A stretch of 63,054 nucleotides of DNA, filler included, from Hyphochytrium catenoides (Eukaryota > Protista > Hyphochytriomycota): the NCBI GenBank assembly GCA_900088475.1. It is 5 parts of 5 records of this genome, joined end to end, with 100 filler letters (N's around TTAATTAATTAA, not from the genome) between each part and the next. Parts side by side here need not be neighbours in the genome. Positions count along the whole stretch, not along the records: positions 23,988 to 50,120 come from FLMG01000671.1; 4 more parts are not named here. The stretch is one strand, 5' to 3'. The notes under the pieces are model-generated. The model made no database searches. It had not been told where the DNA came from and saw nothing but the letters and a program-made list of their open reading frames with translations. Made by a program: the position numbers and the translations under genes. Each line of letters begins with the position of its first letter. Within the stretch, counting starts at the first letter, position 1. Positions 25,206 to 38,300 of the stretch are shown piece after piece.

Positions 25206-25909
25206 TTCTCTCTTCTCTCTCTCTCCCCACTCCTACCGTGGCACTTGACGCTCAATCTTCAGCGACATTTCGCGAGCTGCCACCCACTTTGTCTTTCTCG
25301 CTTTCTCATGATCGTTCTCTACCTTTTGCTCTTGCTGTTCCTCTTTCTGTGCGATGCTCTCGTACCGTTTCCAACCTCATTCCGGTTCGTAGGGTCACCG
25401 CGTATCACGGCTTTAAAGGAGCAAGTCATGAAAGACTTGGAGGAGATGGAAGAAGCTCAGGAGGATGACTATGATCTCGACCACCAGCAGCTGCGAGAGA
25501 AGTACGCTCCTACCTGCTGCTCTCTCTACTCCTCGTATCAGAGGCTCACTTCTCCAGCTTATCTTCTAAGTGTAGTCTAAAGAGTTTCATTGGGACGTGG
25601 CACAGTCGACGCATATCTGCTCTGTCTCTCTTTCTCTCTCTCTCTTTCTCGAGTCCGCGGTCCCATCCTCCTCCACGTTTTCTCTTCTTTGTCACTTCCC
25701 TGCGTCTCTTCCCCTGCGATGTGCTAAGAAACCTCAAAGGTTGTCCTTACTGATGTAGATCGCTGTCTTCAGGGTGCTCGCCAAGATCAGAAGGGCATTC
25801 ATGCTCTTCCTGGGTGATGGCACAGACTTGGAGAAGAGAGAGGCGAGAGTCGAAGTCTTTAGCATCTGGGATACTTCCTGGTGAGTTTGATTTNNNNNNN
25901 NNNNNNNNN

Positions 25910-25952
<43 letters not shown>

Positions 25953-28900
25953 CTGCTCTTTTATTCCCCTTCCTTGGGTGGAATGTATCCCCACCTTTTT
26001 CGCTTCTGCCACTTTTTCCTTCTCCTACGGCCCTAAATTCCTGCTCACTACCCTCTCGGTGGCCACCTTTCGCAGGCACATTCGCAACGGCGTTCACTAT
26101 GGACTGTTCACTCTTGGCGCCATCGGAGGCCAGGCCACTGAGGAACAGAAGGCGGAATGGCTTCCAAGAGCACTGACGCTTCAGATTTTTGGCTGTTTTG
26201 CGATGACAGAGTTGGGCCATGGCAGCAACCTAAGGGGTCTGGAGACCACTGCTCGCTATGACAAAGAGAGAGAAGAGTTTGTTATCAACACTCCCACGGA
26301 TACAGCCACGAAGTGGTAAATGTGCAGCCGCTAATGGTCCATTTGTATCGAGCACACTTCTCGGCAGTCTCCTCTGAGAAATATCCCCTTTAACTCCTCA
26401 AGCCGCCAATCGTTGATGAAGTGAGGGCCCTTCCTTTGTCTCTCGACGTTTCAACTTCCGTCAACGCTGTTCCGTCAGCCTCGTTCTAGCCTCAAATCTG
26501 ACTTTATGCCTCTGGTCTCTCTTACTGCCTTTCTCCAATGGATGGCTCTCCTTCGCGCTCTAGGTGGATAGGAGGAGCGGGGCAGACAGCCACACATGCG
26601 GCCGTGTACGCCCGTCTCATTCTCGGCGAGGAGGATAAGGGAGTGCAGACCTTCATCGTCCCTCTAAGAGACGAGGAACACCGCCCTCTTCCCGGTGTCA
26701 CCATTGGAGACTGCGGCAGGAAGATGGGCTTGGAGGGTGTCGACAACGGTTGGATTCAGGTTGAACGTCTCCTTCCTCAGCTTATCGCATCATGCCGGAC
26801 CTTTACAATCACACCTTTTCTCTCTTTTATATCTGGCATGTCTCTAGATTCGCGGTGACTCTAGCCCTTTCTTGTGCCCGCCCTCACGTCTCAACATTCC
26901 CTCCACATCCGCCCATTCTAACCCTCGTCTGTTCTCTTGCTCTCCTCTCTCTTCTCTCCTACACTTTTCCTGTCAAACTCTCACTTCAAATCTCCGGTGG
27001 ACAGTTCAATCATGTCCGCGTACCTCGCTCCCACATGCTTATGCGCTTTGCCGAAGTCTCCAAGGACGGTGAATACCGGGAGCCTCCTAAAGCTCAGCTC
27101 GCTTATGGAGCCCTACTTGGAACGAGGGGACAACTAATAAGATATTCAGTCAACGTCCTGAAAAAGGCACTGATGATCAGCGTCCGATACGGGTAAGAAA
27201 GACAGAGATATACAGATATGAAGTGACCAGCCTAACATTCGCTCTCGCACTCTCTCCCTCTCTCTCTCTGTCTTTCTCTCTTCTCTGTGCTTATAGCTCT
27301 TTAGCGTTTTTGCCTAATCTTGTTTTCCTTCTTTGAGAGTTGGGTCTCCATAATCATGGAAGACCGCCTTTAGACGTTCCTCCCCTGCGCATTCCCTTAG
27401 TGGCTTCTCGTCAAAACGCCTTCGATGAGTCTTTCTTACAGCTGTGTGTGCTCATAGGGCTGTACGGCGACAAGGTGGGGAAGAGGGAGAAAGAGAGTCT
27501 AAACTCTTGGACTATCAGTCCCATCAAGTCAAGCTAATGCCTGTTCTGGCTGCAGCTTACGCCTTTCACTGGATGGTAAGCCAAGAAATGTCTCTTTCTC
27601 GCTCTATATTGCCTGGTAGCTATGGATTCTGTCTTCTTGTCGCCACTGTCTTCGGGATGTTCTTTGCGCCACTCAAGAGCTCTTGTCCCTTCGTAGGGCG
27701 CCTACGTCATGCAGCTAAGTGCGCAATTAGAGGACCAAATGGACAATGAGGATATGAGCGGTATGGTGGCTTTCCCACGACCCTGAGCACTTGGGCTTCC
27801 AGGCTCTATGCTCGTGACTGCTCTCTCCTGTATGTATATGTCTACTGACTTGCATGCGTCTCTCTTATGTTCTGCCCAACCTCTAGACTTGCCAGATGTA
27901 CACGGCACAATGTCAGGACTGAAGGCCTACACTACTTGGTATGTGCTCGGGGCTATGGAAGGTGAGCTGATAGAATGCAAAGGGCAGGCGAGACGCTAGT
28001 CTGCGCTATTGTCGCTCGATGACGGCCAGGTTCTTCTTGTCTACTGGCCTCAATGGTCAACTTGATTCTAAAAAGGAGTATTTCAGCTTTATTCGTCTGA
28101 CGGCTGGCCCTCGCTGCCATGAGGTGTTACACTCTCTCACTTGGGAAGCTTGGTCTGACTCCTTCAGATCTCTGATGTTCGGTTTCCCTTCCTCCCATTG
28201 TGATGCCCTTTCCACTGTTGGTCCTCCAGTGTGCCGACAGGCATGTGGAGGCCATGGATACAGCGCTTACAACGGCCTCGCACGGACAATCTCAGACTTC
28301 GCCGTCTTCTGCACTTTTGAGGGTGATAACACTGTGATGGCTTTGCAGACGAGTCGCTATTTGATGGCTTCGTATGCCAAGTACAGCAGAGGCGAGAAGA
28401 TAACTGGCTCAGTGCGGTACGTACCAATGGTGTGGCTGTAGAAACAGAGAAAGAGAGACAGGGCATGACAGAAGGGCATCGAAGTATGATCCGAAGAGCT
28501 AAAGGTACCTTTCTATCTCCCCTTGCCCTTTAGGTATCTTGAGATGCTAAGCGGCGGCATGAACACCAAGGCCGAAGTTCCCACTCCTCAGCAGCTGCTA
28601 GACCCGGTACGGCAGAGAAGGAAGATTTGGTCATTCAAAACACGAAGATAGGGCAATCTAGAGGTGGCAACAAGATTGAAGAGACGGCGAAAAGCTTATT
28701 CACTGTTTTGCCCTTCTATGTCTGCTACTCCTATTCCTCGGCGGTGTTCAGGAGGTCCAGCTGGAGGCCATGCGCTTTCATGCCTCTCACTCTGTTGAGA
28801 GAGTCGCCCAGAGGCTGAAGAAGCTGAAAGAGCAGCAAGGATGCTCAGAGGACAAAGCAACTCTACAGTGCCAGGTAAAGTGGTTTCTCTCTTGTCATTA

Positions 28901-29875
28901 GACTTATTTGTTCTTTCTCTCTCTAGACGCTGAGCTTTTCCCGGCCAGCATGGCGCTTCTCTTTCCTTCCCTGTTCAACCCCACTGGTCTTTTAGTGCTA
29001 GGTCTGCAAATGCTACGCCGCTCCTCTTCCGCTTCCGGGCCACCGTTTGCGTCTGCATCTGCCACTGTGTCTACGTTATCTGTCTCTCTCCGTCTAATCG
29101 GTGCACGGCTCCGTGTAGGTTGATCTAATGCAGGCAGCGGAGGCGCATGTCTATTATAATGTAGCAGTACGGTTCGCCGTCAAGGTGAAGGAGGTTGCGA
29201 AGCTCCCTGGACGAGAAAAGGAATCCCAAGGTAATGCAAGGTTTACTGGGGAGAAATGCAGAGAATATCTGAACAAGGAGGAGGAGAAATTGCTCTAAAC
29301 GACTCTCATCCCTTTTCTCCTCAGTGTTGAAGACCTTGAGCGATTGCTTTGTACTCTGTCAGCTGCAGAAGTCGTTGAGCTTCTTCCTTCAGCACAATTA
29401 TTTCACAAGTAAACAGGCAGAATGGATCAATGAGAAGGTGAGCAGATCATAGATTTCTCTAGAGAAAGGCTCAATCTCTCTTCTTTCCTTGCACTTTGCA
29501 GGCACTTTCTCTTAGCGTCATCATACTATCCTTGACAAATCAAGCTCCCGTTTGCGCTTGATGAGGCTTAAGCTGTCACTATGCTTGTTCTTCCTGGACC
29601 AACCTTCTGACCACTTCCTCTTGTCTCTAACCTCCTCCACTTTTCTTTTGTGGCAGGTTCTGGAACTTTGTCAAGCTCTTCGAGCTAACGCTGTGCCACT
29701 GGTGGATGCTTTCAACTACTCGGACAGAGTCTTGGGCTCCTGCATCGGGCGAGAGGATGGAGATGTCTACCCTGCTCTCCTTGACAGGCTGAAGCGAGTA
29801 CCTCATGGCATGGAGAGAGCTCCATACTATGAGAAGGGGATCAAGCCCATTCTTGAAAGCGATATGTTTAACTGA
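24444..29875 (+). CDS. ACOX: Peroxisomal acyl-CoA oxidase with an N-terminal PTS2 (multi-exon)
   Basis: Exon 1 (24444-24573) encodes [17 protein letters not shown]. Exon 2 (24850-24921) encodes [21 protein letters not shown]. Later motifs: [32 protein letters not shown]|[54 protein letters not shown] (catalytic Glu), AVPLVDAF. Confidence 0.95.
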
Positions 29876-30923
29876 GAAGAGAGCAAGTTGGGAAGTTGAT
29901 GTGTGGGTTGAGCAAGCTGTGAGGAAAGGCGAACGGGAAGAGGAAGGAGAGTNNNNNNNNNNNNNNNNNNNNNNNNNNNNNNNNNNNNNNNNNNNNNNNN
30001 NNNNNNNNNNNNNNNNNNNNNNNNNNNNNNNNNNNNNNNNNNNNNNNNNNNNNNNNNNNNNNNNNNNNNNNNNNNNNNNNNNNNNNGTTTTGACTTGTAA
30101 CGTCCTCTTCATATTCCTAATATCAATTGCTATACGTTTTATTATACATAATATAACTTTGATCATTTACGATAGAACCTGCCTTCACCCCGTCTTCGTC
30201 CGCCCTTGCAGCTTCACGAAAGTTCTTGGTTCAACCTTGGGTCCTGGGGGATGTCTGTCTCCATGGTAGCCAAAACGGACTGTAAGTCACCTGCAGAAGG
30301 GAGAGAACAAGAAGTAGGAGAGAGAGGTAGAGGTACTCATAGGAACTTGCCGTGGTACAAAGACAAAGTGTCGAAAGAGACATGACAGAGGAAGTTCTGA
30401 TGATAGAAGGATGAGAGCTCTGACAAGAGAGAGCGAGAGCAGGAGAGAGAGAGAGAAAGATGGAGAGAGAGAGACAGAGAGAGACAGAGAGAAAGAGAGA
30501 GGGAGAGAGAGAGAGGGAGCGAGAGAGAGAAGGAGGAGACAGACAGAGAGAGAGAGAGAGAGAGAGAGAAGGGTCTTTTGCGGAGAAGGAAGAACACATT
30601 CAATCGACGAGTCATGGCACTCTTTCACAAATGGCCTGTCATCAGTTCGTAAGAACTGGACTCAATGACTGCTGATAATTAGGGAAGTGCTCTTTATAAA
30701 GCTTTGGGCCTTTGAAAAGAAGATACCAAGATTCGTGAGACTAGATTCCTCTGAAAGGCAAGCTTTCCTCCTTTTCCGCATACAGAGAGCAATACAAGTG
30801 AAGATCAAAACGCGAGGAACCGGACAAGGCCCGCCTACCTGTTACCATTGATCTTCTCTCTCTCTCTCTCTCTCTCGTCCTCCTCACACTTGTCGGCAGA
30901 GATATTCCCTTACGAGTGCGAGG

Positions 30924-32009
30924 ATGGAGAATGGCAGTGAGAGCGATGGCGAGGTGAACTACTGGCGGATACATCGGAAGCATCAGCGCCGCTACCTGGG
31001 ATATGCAACGGAGATAAGTAGCGATGAAGCAGGAGAGGATGAGGAAGAAGAGTACGACGTATTATACACAGAAGGCGGTGGTCAGCTTATTAGTGAGTTC
31101 TATGAAAAGTGGATGCCGAAGCTTCCTCCCTCTCCGCGAGTAAACAGTTGCCTGCTTAAAGTTTCACAGGTCCGTGAAGCCTAGTCCACCTGGTGTCTTG
31201 TTCATCTTTCTCTCGCTATTTCTATCTCTCCTTTTCTGCCTTGTCTCTTCTTCATATCGCTTTTCTCTTTGCTGTCGGCTGTATCTAAGACACTCACATC
31301 ACTCTCTCTCCTTTTTAGTAAGCCCTTGGTTCCTCCCTACCGTCTGCTCTTCGCTTGAGCTTGTCCGGACTGCCTCCTTTCCGTTCGCCTTCTGTTTCTC
31401 ATGCTACCTAACAGACCTAGTAACCTCCTCTCTCTTTCTCTCGCTTTTCTCTTCTCTCTGTAGAGAGCCATGTCTATCCTACTCCTTAGGGTGGAGAGAA
31501 AGAGACACGACCTCATGAAGTTTTGCCTCGCCTTCTTCTTCGGGCTGGTTGCAATGTTATGGCATCTAAGCGTCCTCCACATATCTCTTTCTCCTGCGGC
31601 GTCACGAATCAGCCATACGACCCCTGCCAGCTCCCAATCGTCCCACTGGGTGCCCTCTCTCTCACTCTCGTTGTGCTCAACAGCTCAGCATCCTCCGCTG
31701 TTGGTCGTTTGGTCTGTGACGCTTGGCCTGAGCATTGCCTTCTTCTCCTGTGCAATGATGGAGCTTGTAGATCACGTGAGAAGCAACGCGCCAAAACCCA
31801 TGGGAGAACAGAGGCTAAGAGAAAGTGAAAGGCGCGAAACGGAATCAACAAAAGGAAGACATCCTGCAGAAAAAAGGAAGGAAGGATGGACAGGGCTAGC
31901 GCTAGGCCTCTGCCTAGAACAGCTACTCTTTCCCTTCGCCAAGCTCCTCGTCCTCCTTCAGGACTGCAGCATCTTCGTTTTGAAGTTCACTAAGATAATG
32001 AATGTTTGA
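30924..32009 (+). CDS. Hypothetical membrane protein, 2 exons (30924-31169, 31464-32009)
   Basis: A phase-0 GT-AG intron joins an acidic N-terminal exon to an exon with 2-3 hydrophobic segments (FCLAFFFGLVAMLW; LLVVWSVTLGLSIAFFSCAMM). No family recognised. Confidence 0.55.
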
Positions 32010-32330
32010 CAGCGGCGAGAAAGAGATACATAGCAAGCGCAGCAGGAAATGTTGGGAAAGAGCGAGGTAGCGGTAGCCAGAGGGAGAGAGACAGAGATGG
32101 AGAAACCTACGGAGAGTGATGATAATGATCTCAGTCTGGGTGAAGGTCAGAGCTCAGGACCCTAGTAGGAGCAACGATGTACGATTATTAACTTGGCACC
32201 AGGTCCAGAAGTGATATCTGTGAGCAAATAGGAGGAGGCCAGCAGCCTCGTCATAGCTGGTGGTGCATCTCTTATATCAATAAGCCTCACATGACGGGCC
32301 ACTTTGACGAGAAAGAGCCGGGCCTTCAGC

Positions 32331-35300
32331 TCAAACGTCTACTTGAGAATCATGAGAGTCAGTCCGAGGGTTCCCTTGTATCTCTGCAGCGGGAAGAGAA
32401 GCCAGCCGAGGGGCTTTGGTATGTAGGCCCTCATCTGCTTCGTCTCTCTTTCTCTTCTTTGCCGCAATATTTACCATATCGTCAAACTCTTCTTGAGAGT
32501 CATCTTCATCAGAGGCAACAGAGCTCTCATGAACTCTCTCATTACCTTCTTCTCCATCATCCGCCTCCTGCAGCAATTCGTCCCCAGGAGATCCGTCTTC
32601 GTCCGCCAGAGATTTCTTCTCTATGACGTCTCTTTTGTCCGCTCCTCTACATTCCTTCTGGTTGTTGGAGGTTTCGTTGCTTCTCTCCGTTTCTTTGATC
32701 CTCTCTCCATCATCGAGAGGCTCGTCAGTCCTGGTGGTCCCGCCGCTAAAATCTATCGAGCAAAGGATGTCTTACTTAACCAGTATTAGCGGACGCAAAG
32801 AATATGAACGATGAGTGGGAACTAGAGACGGGTTACATTTTGGGATAATATGGAAGTCAGAAAGAGGAATAATGGAGTACAGAGAATTTGTGTCCTATAC
32901 CTGCTCTCTTCTCTATCGCTTCAGGGTCGCTCCCTCCTTCAGCATCTCCTACCGGGCTGGATAATGTCTCATTCTCGCCAGAAGGACCAGCGGTGATTGA
33001 AGGCAGGGGATGCTTGCGTGGTCGCCCTCTCTTTCTTTTAGTAGTTTCGTCAGGTACATAATCATCGCAATTATGACCTTTCTTAGGCACTCCACATTTG
33101 CGGCAGAGATAGGTTCTTCGCCCTCCTGGGCCCAGCTCATCCTCAGAATCCAAACTCTCTATTCTGGCTGCGGAGGGGGTTCCGTTCCCCTTCTTCTTTC
33201 CTTTTAGTCCCATCTTCTTCTTTTTCTTTGCGCCTTTCACAAGGACTTTCTTCTTAAGCGAGTTGGACGAGACGATGACACCTTTGCCCTTCTTCTTTCC
33301 CTTGATAGTCGCTTTGCCTGTGATAGTCTTCTTGCGTAGCTTTCCCTTAAGTTTGCTCTTCTTCAAAGACTTCGTTGTTGCTGCTGATGCGGCCTTTGGC
33401 GTTACCAGGGTGCGCCTTCTGGTACGAATGTCTAAACATAGGATAAGAAGACGTAAGATCGAATAAATGTGGCTTGGAAAAAAGCCAGCTGGCAAAATTG
33501 ACATGGGCGACGTATAAGGATGTTCATGCCACCACTCCAACTAGTGTGGAGGCGTAATCGCACGGCGGGAAGCCTTTGTCAGAACAAGGTTCAAACTAGA
33601 ATCGCCGCCATCATCTCTGTGACATGATGGAGCCCTTTTACATTTACCTGCCGCCATTCCTACCCTTGGGCTTCTTGCGCCTTTCTCTCCTCCATTTGTC
33701 GCCACCCACGTCGAATAGGCCGTCGATAGCCTAAACTCTGTGTAAAAGTAGAAGACGAGGTCATCGTACGAGCGCTCGGGAAAGTACTTGAGCCGCATGA
33801 GGCGCAAGTTGCCTAGATAACACACAGATATGGCGACTTAGAACCAGTACTTTCCAGTGCATTTAGAACTTCTTCTCTGTTTCTACACATTGCCTCCTTC
33901 CCTCTTTGGTTAGTATTAAAGTAGTTCCTTCACGACTAAAAACGAGCGGGCTGAGGGCCCTACCTCTTTCCTCCATAAAAGAGCGCCTGAAAAGAAGCCT
34001 TTCGTCTCCCGAAAAGAGCTGAAAGCTGTATGGAATCTGCTCAATAGGAAGACCCCTTACCATCTCCAGAGCTGCATCTACATCATAGTTGTGCTTATGA
34101 AGGATCAAAAGGGCCGCCTAGAGAGAGGAAAAGATGCCCACGTTAACCGGACCAAGGAGCGAACGGCAAAAGAGATATTAAGACAATTGTAGAGGAATGA
34201 TACGGGCAGGACGGATTTCGGACCAGGAGCCGACGGAAGCTTGCAGAGTCGGCAAGGGATCGTACATAACAAAACCAGCCCCGTCTCTCTATCAAACTTC
34301 AGGGGTACTAGACCCAAGAACCTCCACCCCCCGATGTTCAATGTCGTCTTACGGGTTCAGACAGCGGCTTATCCAGTGCTCGAACCCCATTAAGGTAGGA
34401 CGATACGGAGGCAGTGTCAAGCTTGTTCGGAAGCCAAAGAGTGGTCCACCTCTCCGCTTCCTCGTTGTCTTCTGCTGTGTTTCCACCTTCTCTCTTTTCA
34501 TCAGAAAATTCGAAGAGCAGATCACTCAACCACGCTCGGCCGCCCACGACCTTGCCGGGGTGTCCAGGTTTGGTAGGCTGCACACAAAGAAGCAACAGGA
34601 ACAGATCAAAAGAGAAAGGAATTAGATTGAAAGCTGATTATAAGAGCAGCCAGCATCGGCGAAGATAAAATAGGATGACCGATGAGAATGTACAAACCTT
34701 TCTGGCCCTGTCCTTCTCTATCTCTTGAGCTGTTCGTCTCCTTACACGAGCAGAAAAGACCCCGGTCTCCACGATCTGCAGATGTGAAACAATGCAAGAA
34801 AGCGTCCGTGTAAAGCACAGCATTAGGGTCAAGTTAACAAGCTGTATCGGCTCCGGAATGCCTTGGACAAGGTAAAAGATTCAAAGCGGCGGTGCAAGGC
34901 TCACCTCATCGTCAGCTTGGTGCTCTGTATACTGGACCTCATACTGCGTTTTTACTCCCAGGACAATGGCCTCCCTCCACTCTGCCTTGATTTCATCGTA
35001 GACCATCACTCTTTCCCCAGACTTGATACTACTGGGTCTTGATACATATAAGGAGGGGGACTTTGCAGGAGAAAAGTGCCCCAACAAAAAAATGTTGTTT
35101 GCTTTATTCCCAGGTAACGGAAGGTCGTCGACATCAGCTTGGTATCGGGATCCGATTCTAGGCTTTGCCTCTGCTTTCTCTGGGAGAGCCACTGTCAAGC
35201 AAGAAGACTGTAAGAACTCATGGAGCTTCCACGGCTACGTAACCGCAGACATAGATATGAGAACTATTGGGCAGAGGCTATAGGTAGAAATACAGAGATC

Positions 35301-38300
35301 TTAAGTCCGGGCGACAAGGACATCTTTTGAAATCCGTTACGTCCCTCATTACCTCCTGTTCCTCCAAGGGAATGCCCTACACCAACACACTTTGGACAAA
35401 GCCAAGCGCCGTGGGGAATGGTCGCAAGGGGAGGGCGGAGACAGAAGGTATGGTACCCAAGCTCGCAGTTATCACAAAGTAACATCCAAGCTCCGTCCTT
35501 CACAACGTCGCTATCGTTAGTATAGGCAACAACTCAGGATAGACGAGAGTGAGTGAGAAGGACAAATGGGCCGCATGAGATGGAAGATTGAGGGAGCGAG
35601 CTCCCAAAATGCTCCATGTGAACATTTCTGTAGTTTGATGACTGCCCTATTCTCTTTCTTCTGACCTTGGCTTGTCTGCAAACTCCACAGCCCAAGCCAT
35701 CGCAATCATCATCCTTTTCTGCTAACTGTGCTGCCCTTATTTCCTCAGCGGTCATCTCTTCCTCGATCCAGGCCTCCACTTTAGAGGTGATGGCCATAAT
35801 GTTTGTTGACAGGGAACATTCTAGCCATCGCGCAAAAAGAGCGCCCTTTATCCCCTAAGGAAAAGCTTAGTGACTTCAGCCTTAGCAAGACTGAGAAAGA
35901 GACACAGAAAGGCCCATTTGCAACGAGTATCCACGCTAAGACCAGAGAGATGGTCGAGAGCTAAAGACAGAGAGGCGGCAATGGAAGGAGCGGGGAGTAG
36001 ACGTCAGAAGACGGGCATTGTTGTCTCTTCAACTGCCGTCACACTACCAAGGTAGAAGCCATGGCCCTTGGATCCATTCTTCTTTTAAGCAGAACTTGGT
36101 TCATCTTTTTGATGGAATTCTTTGTCCGAACTAGATCCTCAGCCTGCTTTTCTAGGCTTTCAGATACGGTCATGGGTTCAAGCTCTATGCTCTCCTATAA
36201 AAGTGTTAAAAAGTAGAGAAAAGCTCAGCCAGGATCCACGCGGCATTAACAGTTGGCCATCCTCTGAGCAGAGGTGCCGGTGCTTGTAGTCATTCAAAAA
36301 GGGCGCTAAAATCAAATAAGGATGCAGGAAACGCTATCGACAATAAAGTGCTAGAAGGACACAGTACCTCCGTCTTGGCTTTTCTTTTAGCACTCTTAAG
36401 CAGTATGTCGCCCTCTGGTTTGTGCACCATTTCAATCCAATTGATGATCTTCTCTATCATTCCGGCGCCAAGCACTGTGTTACCCCTCTCCCAGTTGCAG
36501 AAAATAGCGTATGTCAGTCCCTAATCAACCAAGAAGGGAGACATGTGAATTAGTCGATGCCCTTGCTGCCAATAGCTCTTCGTTGAAGACGGATCTAACT
36601 CTCAGCCTGCAACCCTGCTTTTGGTGTGAGATGTGCGAATAGTTGGCTGTTCTGATAGGGTCTCGTGCTGCCGCGAGTGGCCCCTTCATCCCCTCACCGG
36701 GTCCTTACCATTTGCCTGGTGATTCTTAGTTTCGTTAAATCGTGAAGGCTGATGAGGCGCCGCACTTCATTCAAACAGTCACCATTTTTGTCCTCCAACC
36801 TCTGTCGGACTAGCTCCGGATTCTTATGAAGCTCCCTTAGCTGGTTGGACGGAGTATAAAAACGAATAGTTGTCAAAGGGAAAGCTTATCGTCATAGAAA
36901 AAGCTGCCCACCGCAACCTTCTGCTAAGACCGAGAGCGAAGCAAAAGGCACAAAAGGGATACCCAGATGTAATAATGGCGCACCCACCTCTTCGTCTAAA
37001 GCATCTCTTGCCTCCCTCGTCAGCCTGTCGCTAACCCATTTGGTAATATAATCCATGGTCCCCTTATTTAGCAAATGGAGCCAGGGCAGACGCAGCCAGT
37101 TTTCGAGCATAGAGTAAGGGATACCCTTCGGCATAAACAGTCAGTTAGTTCCTCTCAGGTGATTAAGGGATGATAGAAACTACCAGCTCTTCTGCAACTC
37201 GCTCTCCGGAGAGGCCAAGCCTCTGCATGAGCGCCTGTAGCTTGGTGCAGTAGAGCTCTGATACCAGACGCTCAGTCTTCTCCTAAGAAGTACGCCGGGA
37301 CACAACAGAAGTAAATGAAAGACTAACCAAAGTCAAAATAACTTGCAAATTCAGTTCCAATTTGTGTGAAGAGAGAAAGCAACGATACTCAGGCTGCAAA
37401 GTTCGCTCTGACATTGTGTGGGAACTAATAAAGGCTTGGAATAGAGGAAGAACAAGTGCATGCAGGTACAGACAGAGGAAAGTGGTAGCCTAAGCACTTA
37501 AATGCGCGTTTGTGAGAATCCCTTACTGGTGGCGGCGGCAGGTCGTCCGCTGCTTTTGCTGCTCTATCGTCGTACCCCGGCAGGTTGAGTGCAAACTTCA
37601 CATGTCGACGATACGCATCCTCCCAAGTCCCACCCTTCGAAATAAGATCACTGCGGGCCAACAAATTTTTACCTGTCGGCAAGAAGCAGACGAGGGTGCA
37701 TTATTCGCAACCTTTTCACTTAAACAAAGATCCCCCAGGCCCTGACAACTCATATATCCACCCACAACCTCCTCCATCAAAAAGGTGTATAACCTCATCT
37801 TTTCATATCAAACGAGGAAACTGCCAAGAAGGAGATTCTCCATTCATGTCGTCCTTTCCCGAATCATATCTGCCAACCATCCCGTCGCTAACCATTCCGG
37901 CTCCCACTCCTTCTGTCTCCCGGCTTCAATATGAACTAACCTTCTTGATGCATGGAGAATTCTTCCTGTGATAGGGTGTGCTTCAAGAAAGCGAGGAGCG
38001 CCTCAGCCTGATCTTCCTTTACGTGCCATCGTCCGGGCTTGTGCACATACCTCCCAAGGTGTTGCGAGGTCATTCCCTACGAAGTAAAAATATGACGGAT
38101 TCAGGAGGTAGCATATTTGTCTAAGAGCTACAATACTCAGGAAGATTGGGTGACAAGTCACGTCGTAAGCGTGGCATAGGATGGACCGAAAGAGGCTATT
38201 GGCCAAACGCACTGATTTAGAATGGACACGACTGGAAAGATAACGACCTACCGTCTTGTCGGCAATTTCCCCCACTTTGATAAGGTATTTGAGTACTACA

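Larger units (their letters stand above)
1..25940. repeat. Region saturated with imperfect (AG)n/(CT)n microsatellites (introns, UTRs and some exons)
   Basis: Long dinucleotide runs are directly visible, e.g. 3061-3127, 15821-15930, 16651-16728 and 19881-19940. Many short N gaps fall inside them. A similar block occurs at about 53930-57550. Confidence 0.97.

Noticed and set aside
25026-25468. ATGs at 25026 and 25061 as the ACOX start
   Set aside because: They lie in intron 2. Upstream exons supply the conserved ERxxASF..LT..IDG block and the PTS2.
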